64,000 bases of DNA from a virus: the IMG/VR virus record IMGVR_UViG_3300025425_000002, one strand, 5' to 3'. How positions within the stretch are numbered: position 1 is the first letter of the stretch; every line of letters starts with the position of its first letter. Both the position numbers and the translations under genes were made by a program. The notes beneath the pieces were generated by a model, which was given only the letters and a program-made list of their open reading frames with translations, had not been told where the DNA came from and ran no database searches. Positions 62,153 to 64,000 of the stretch are shown here, one piece after another.

Positions 62153-64000
62153 ATGGCGAAGAAAAGTTTAGAGCCCAAGGACTATAAAGGTAAGACCTAC
62201 GCTTACCCGCCTGACAATATTGACCCTAAAAAGAAATTAGATAAGCAATATTATATAGATGTTAATCACGCGCTTTATGCCGATTATATAAACAATAGGA
62301 TGTTTGTCCCCTATGGAGAGACAGGCGCAGGGCGCAGTATCGAGGAGCTGCAACTATATGCACAAGGCAGGCAATCTCCGAATAAGATTAAGAAGTGGTT
62401 ACTTAAAAAAGACCCAAACAACGAAGAGAATTTCATCACTAAGATGAACGTATCCTATGACGGGTACGCTAAACTCCCTCAGCTCTTGGACATTATGCGC
62501 TCGCGTAATATGAACCAAGAGTTCGACGTTCGGTTAACGTGTATTGATGAGGAAAGCACGGCTACGATTGAAGCGACTCGCCAAATGATGAAGTTCATCG
62601 TAGCTGAAAATACGCAGGAGTTCTTAAAGACTTCGATGTATAAACCAGATGCACAACCGAACCCCCAAGAATTGGGGCTGAAAACAGCAGAAGATGTGGA
62701 CACCTACATCGAATCTGGGGGATTTACTCTCCAATGGCAAATCGCAGCAGAAGCCGCTTGCGCCAAGTCGAAAATGGAATCCTACTACAAGATGTTCCAA
62801 GATCAAGTCATGGATGATTTGATTACTAACCCAAGTGGCATTTGTGGTTCAAAAACTTGGATTGAGAAAAGTACAAAAATACCTAAATTCCGAAGAGTTG
62901 ATATGCGCATGGCGTTAGTCCCTGCCTCGATTTACCGAGATTTCAACGATATTACAAGGGCAGCGGAAATCCGCACGATGACCATGACGGACATCTCTCG
63001 GGAACACCCGCATCTTACGCCTGAACAGATTTTCGACATTGCACTTACTTTCCGATGGATGAACCCACCGCTGATGAGCCTCGGCACAGGAGGTTACTCG
63101 AATTGGTACAACTCTTCCACAAGGTTCACTTCGGCTGACCCCGTAATGTCCGCACGCATATTCGTCTTGGATAGTCAATGGCTATCGGTAGACTCGCAAG
63201 TGACATTGAAAAACGAACGGGGGTTATACAAGAGTGTGGACTTCGACTATAAGCTGACTGCAAAGGATGCAAAGAACGGCGACCAAAAAATACAAAAGAA
63301 AGTAATCAAAAAATATTATTCGCAGTGGATTATCGGATCTGACACGCTTCTGGATTACGGAGTGTGCGAAGATGTGGTGTACTACGGCGAAGACGGGAAC
63401 AAAAGACCGAAGCTAGACTTCTTTTTTGCCCAAACAGGAAACATGAGCCTTGTCGAGCGTTGCGTAGCAATTATAGACGACATGAACATGATTTTGGTCA
63501 AGTACCGAAATGGTTGGGCGTCCCTACCCGCATCGCCGGCTATGGCTATCCAAAAAAGCTTGATTGAGAATGTCATGCTCAACGGTAAACTGCAACAGCC
63601 GGAAGACATCATCACAACGCTTATTGAAAAAGGCGTATTGTTATACGATTCGCTTGACGACAACGGAGATCCGCTGTTCATGGCAGGAGGGGCTAAGCCT
63701 ATCGAGTACATGGACGTGAGTCGGATGGCCTCAGTCATGGCGGTGTGTTCAGCAGAATTAGTAGTGAAAGGCAATGAGCTAAGAGATGTTTTAGGACTTA
63801 ACGGTGGCTCGGATGGCGGAGAAAAGAATCCGTACCAAGGGCTCGGAGAAACACAGCTTGCTTTTCAAGCAGCAAATGCCTCTTTGCAACCTACGTTCAA
63901 CTCTTTTAACTACTTGTTCCGTAACATGTTCACGGACATTATTAAGAAGTGGCAGATTGTGGCTAAGGGCGGAGGTGTTAAGTTACCTTGGTCTGTGCTT
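62153..64000 (+). CDS. portal-like protein, 5' partial (616 codons, runs off the window)
   Basis: I translated from the ATG at 62153 to 64000 with no stop. The ORF is absent from the track only because it has no stop in the window. The function is inferred from its position after terL. Confidence 0.6.
   Translation, partial: MAKKSLEPKDYKGKTYAYPPDNIDPKKKLDKQYYIDVNHALYADYINNRMFVPYGETGAGRSIEELQLYAQGRQSPNKIKKWLLKKDPNNEENFITKMNVSYDGYAKLPQLLDIMRSRNMNQEFDVRLTCIDEESTATIEATRQMMKFIVAENTQEFLKTSMYKPDAQPNPQELGLKTAEDVDTYIESGGFTLQWQIAAEAACAKSKMESYYKMFQDQVMDDLITNPSGICGSKTWIEKSTKIPKFRRVDMRMALVPASIYRDFNDITRAAEIRTMTMTDISREHPHLTPEQIFDIALTFRWMNPPLMSLGTGGYSNWYNSSTRFTSADPVMSARIFVLDSQWLSVDSQVTLKNERGLYKSVDFDYKLTAKDAKNGDQKIQKKVIKKYYSQWIIGSDTLLDYGVCEDVVYYGEDGNKRPKLDFFFAQTGNMSLVERCVAIIDDMNMILVKYRNGWASLPASPAMAIQKSLIENVMLNGKLQQPEDIITTLIEKGVLLYDSLDDNGDPLFMAGGAKPIEYMDVSRMASVMAVCSAELVVKGNELRDVLGLNGGSDGGEKNPYQGLGETQLAFQAANASLQPTFNSFNYLFRNMFTDIIKKWQIVAKGGGVKLPWSVL

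Noticed and set aside
62479-63774. Minus-strand ORFs 62479..62703, 62624..62806, 62915..63178 and 63382..63774, plus 63364..63567 (+)
   Set aside because: All overlap the long open portal-like frame that runs off the window.
1-64000. Lysogeny module, toxin-antitoxin pairs, or known defence/anti-defence systems
   Set aside because: I recognised no integrase, CI/Cro pair, or hallmark defence domains in any frame. The RHH protein has no adjacent toxin-like partner.

Overview
The window is most of a tailed dsDNA phage genome; I saw no cellular housekeeping genes. It has three transcriptional blocks. (1) 1-25.9 kb, plus strand, holds virion and lysis genes. These include duplicated small structural gene pairs, a 1291-aa structural protein, and a run of three putative internal/ejection proteins ending in a 2614-aa giant with an HExxH motif. 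A 1100-aa tail fibre and a lysis cassette with an M15 peptidase follow. (2) 25.9-53.0 kb is mostly minus strand, with one plus-strand insert at 39.0-41.9 kb, and holds early and replication genes. These are an SNF2 helicase, an HD hydrolase, a VRR-NUC nuclease, three C5-cytosine DNA methyltransferases, a VirE/P4-type primase-helicase and a family A DNA polymerase. Also here are a DUF2800-type PD-(D/E)XK nuclease, a MazG-like protein, a DUF2815-type SSB, a DEDDh exonuclease, an RNase H-like protein, an SMC/Rad50-like ATPase and a PAPS-reductase-like PP-loop protein. The block also carries an extraordinary (Cys-Ser-X)n repeat protein and about 25 small unknown ORFs. (3) 53.0-64.0 kb, plus strand, holds an RHH regulator, a methyltransferase/glycosyltransferase island, two GroES-like co-chaperonins and the large terminase. 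It ends with a portal-like ORF that runs off the window and is therefore missing from the ORF track. Missing Shine-Dalgarno sequences, TAnnTTTG-type -7 boxes and signal peptides ending in G-Q-Q or A-Q suggest a Bacteroidota host (inference). The module order (large tail protein, internal proteins, fibre, lysis) looks podovirus-like (inference). The most unusual items are as follows. (a) One C5-methyltransferase locus has two complete same-strand ORFs one nucleotide apart, with recognisable motifs split between the frames. (b) A 311-aa protein has a core of about 50 tandem C-S-X tripeptides, encoded by a 9-bp repeat array. It sits next to a PAPS-reductase-like/SMC-like ATPase pair that resembles DndC/DndD. 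(c) A tRNA-Gly-like 3' fragment lies at a convergent terminator. (d) Several families of repeated intergenic elements are present. Coordinates taken from the ORF track are exact. Coordinates I derived by counting bases may be off by 1-2 nt.
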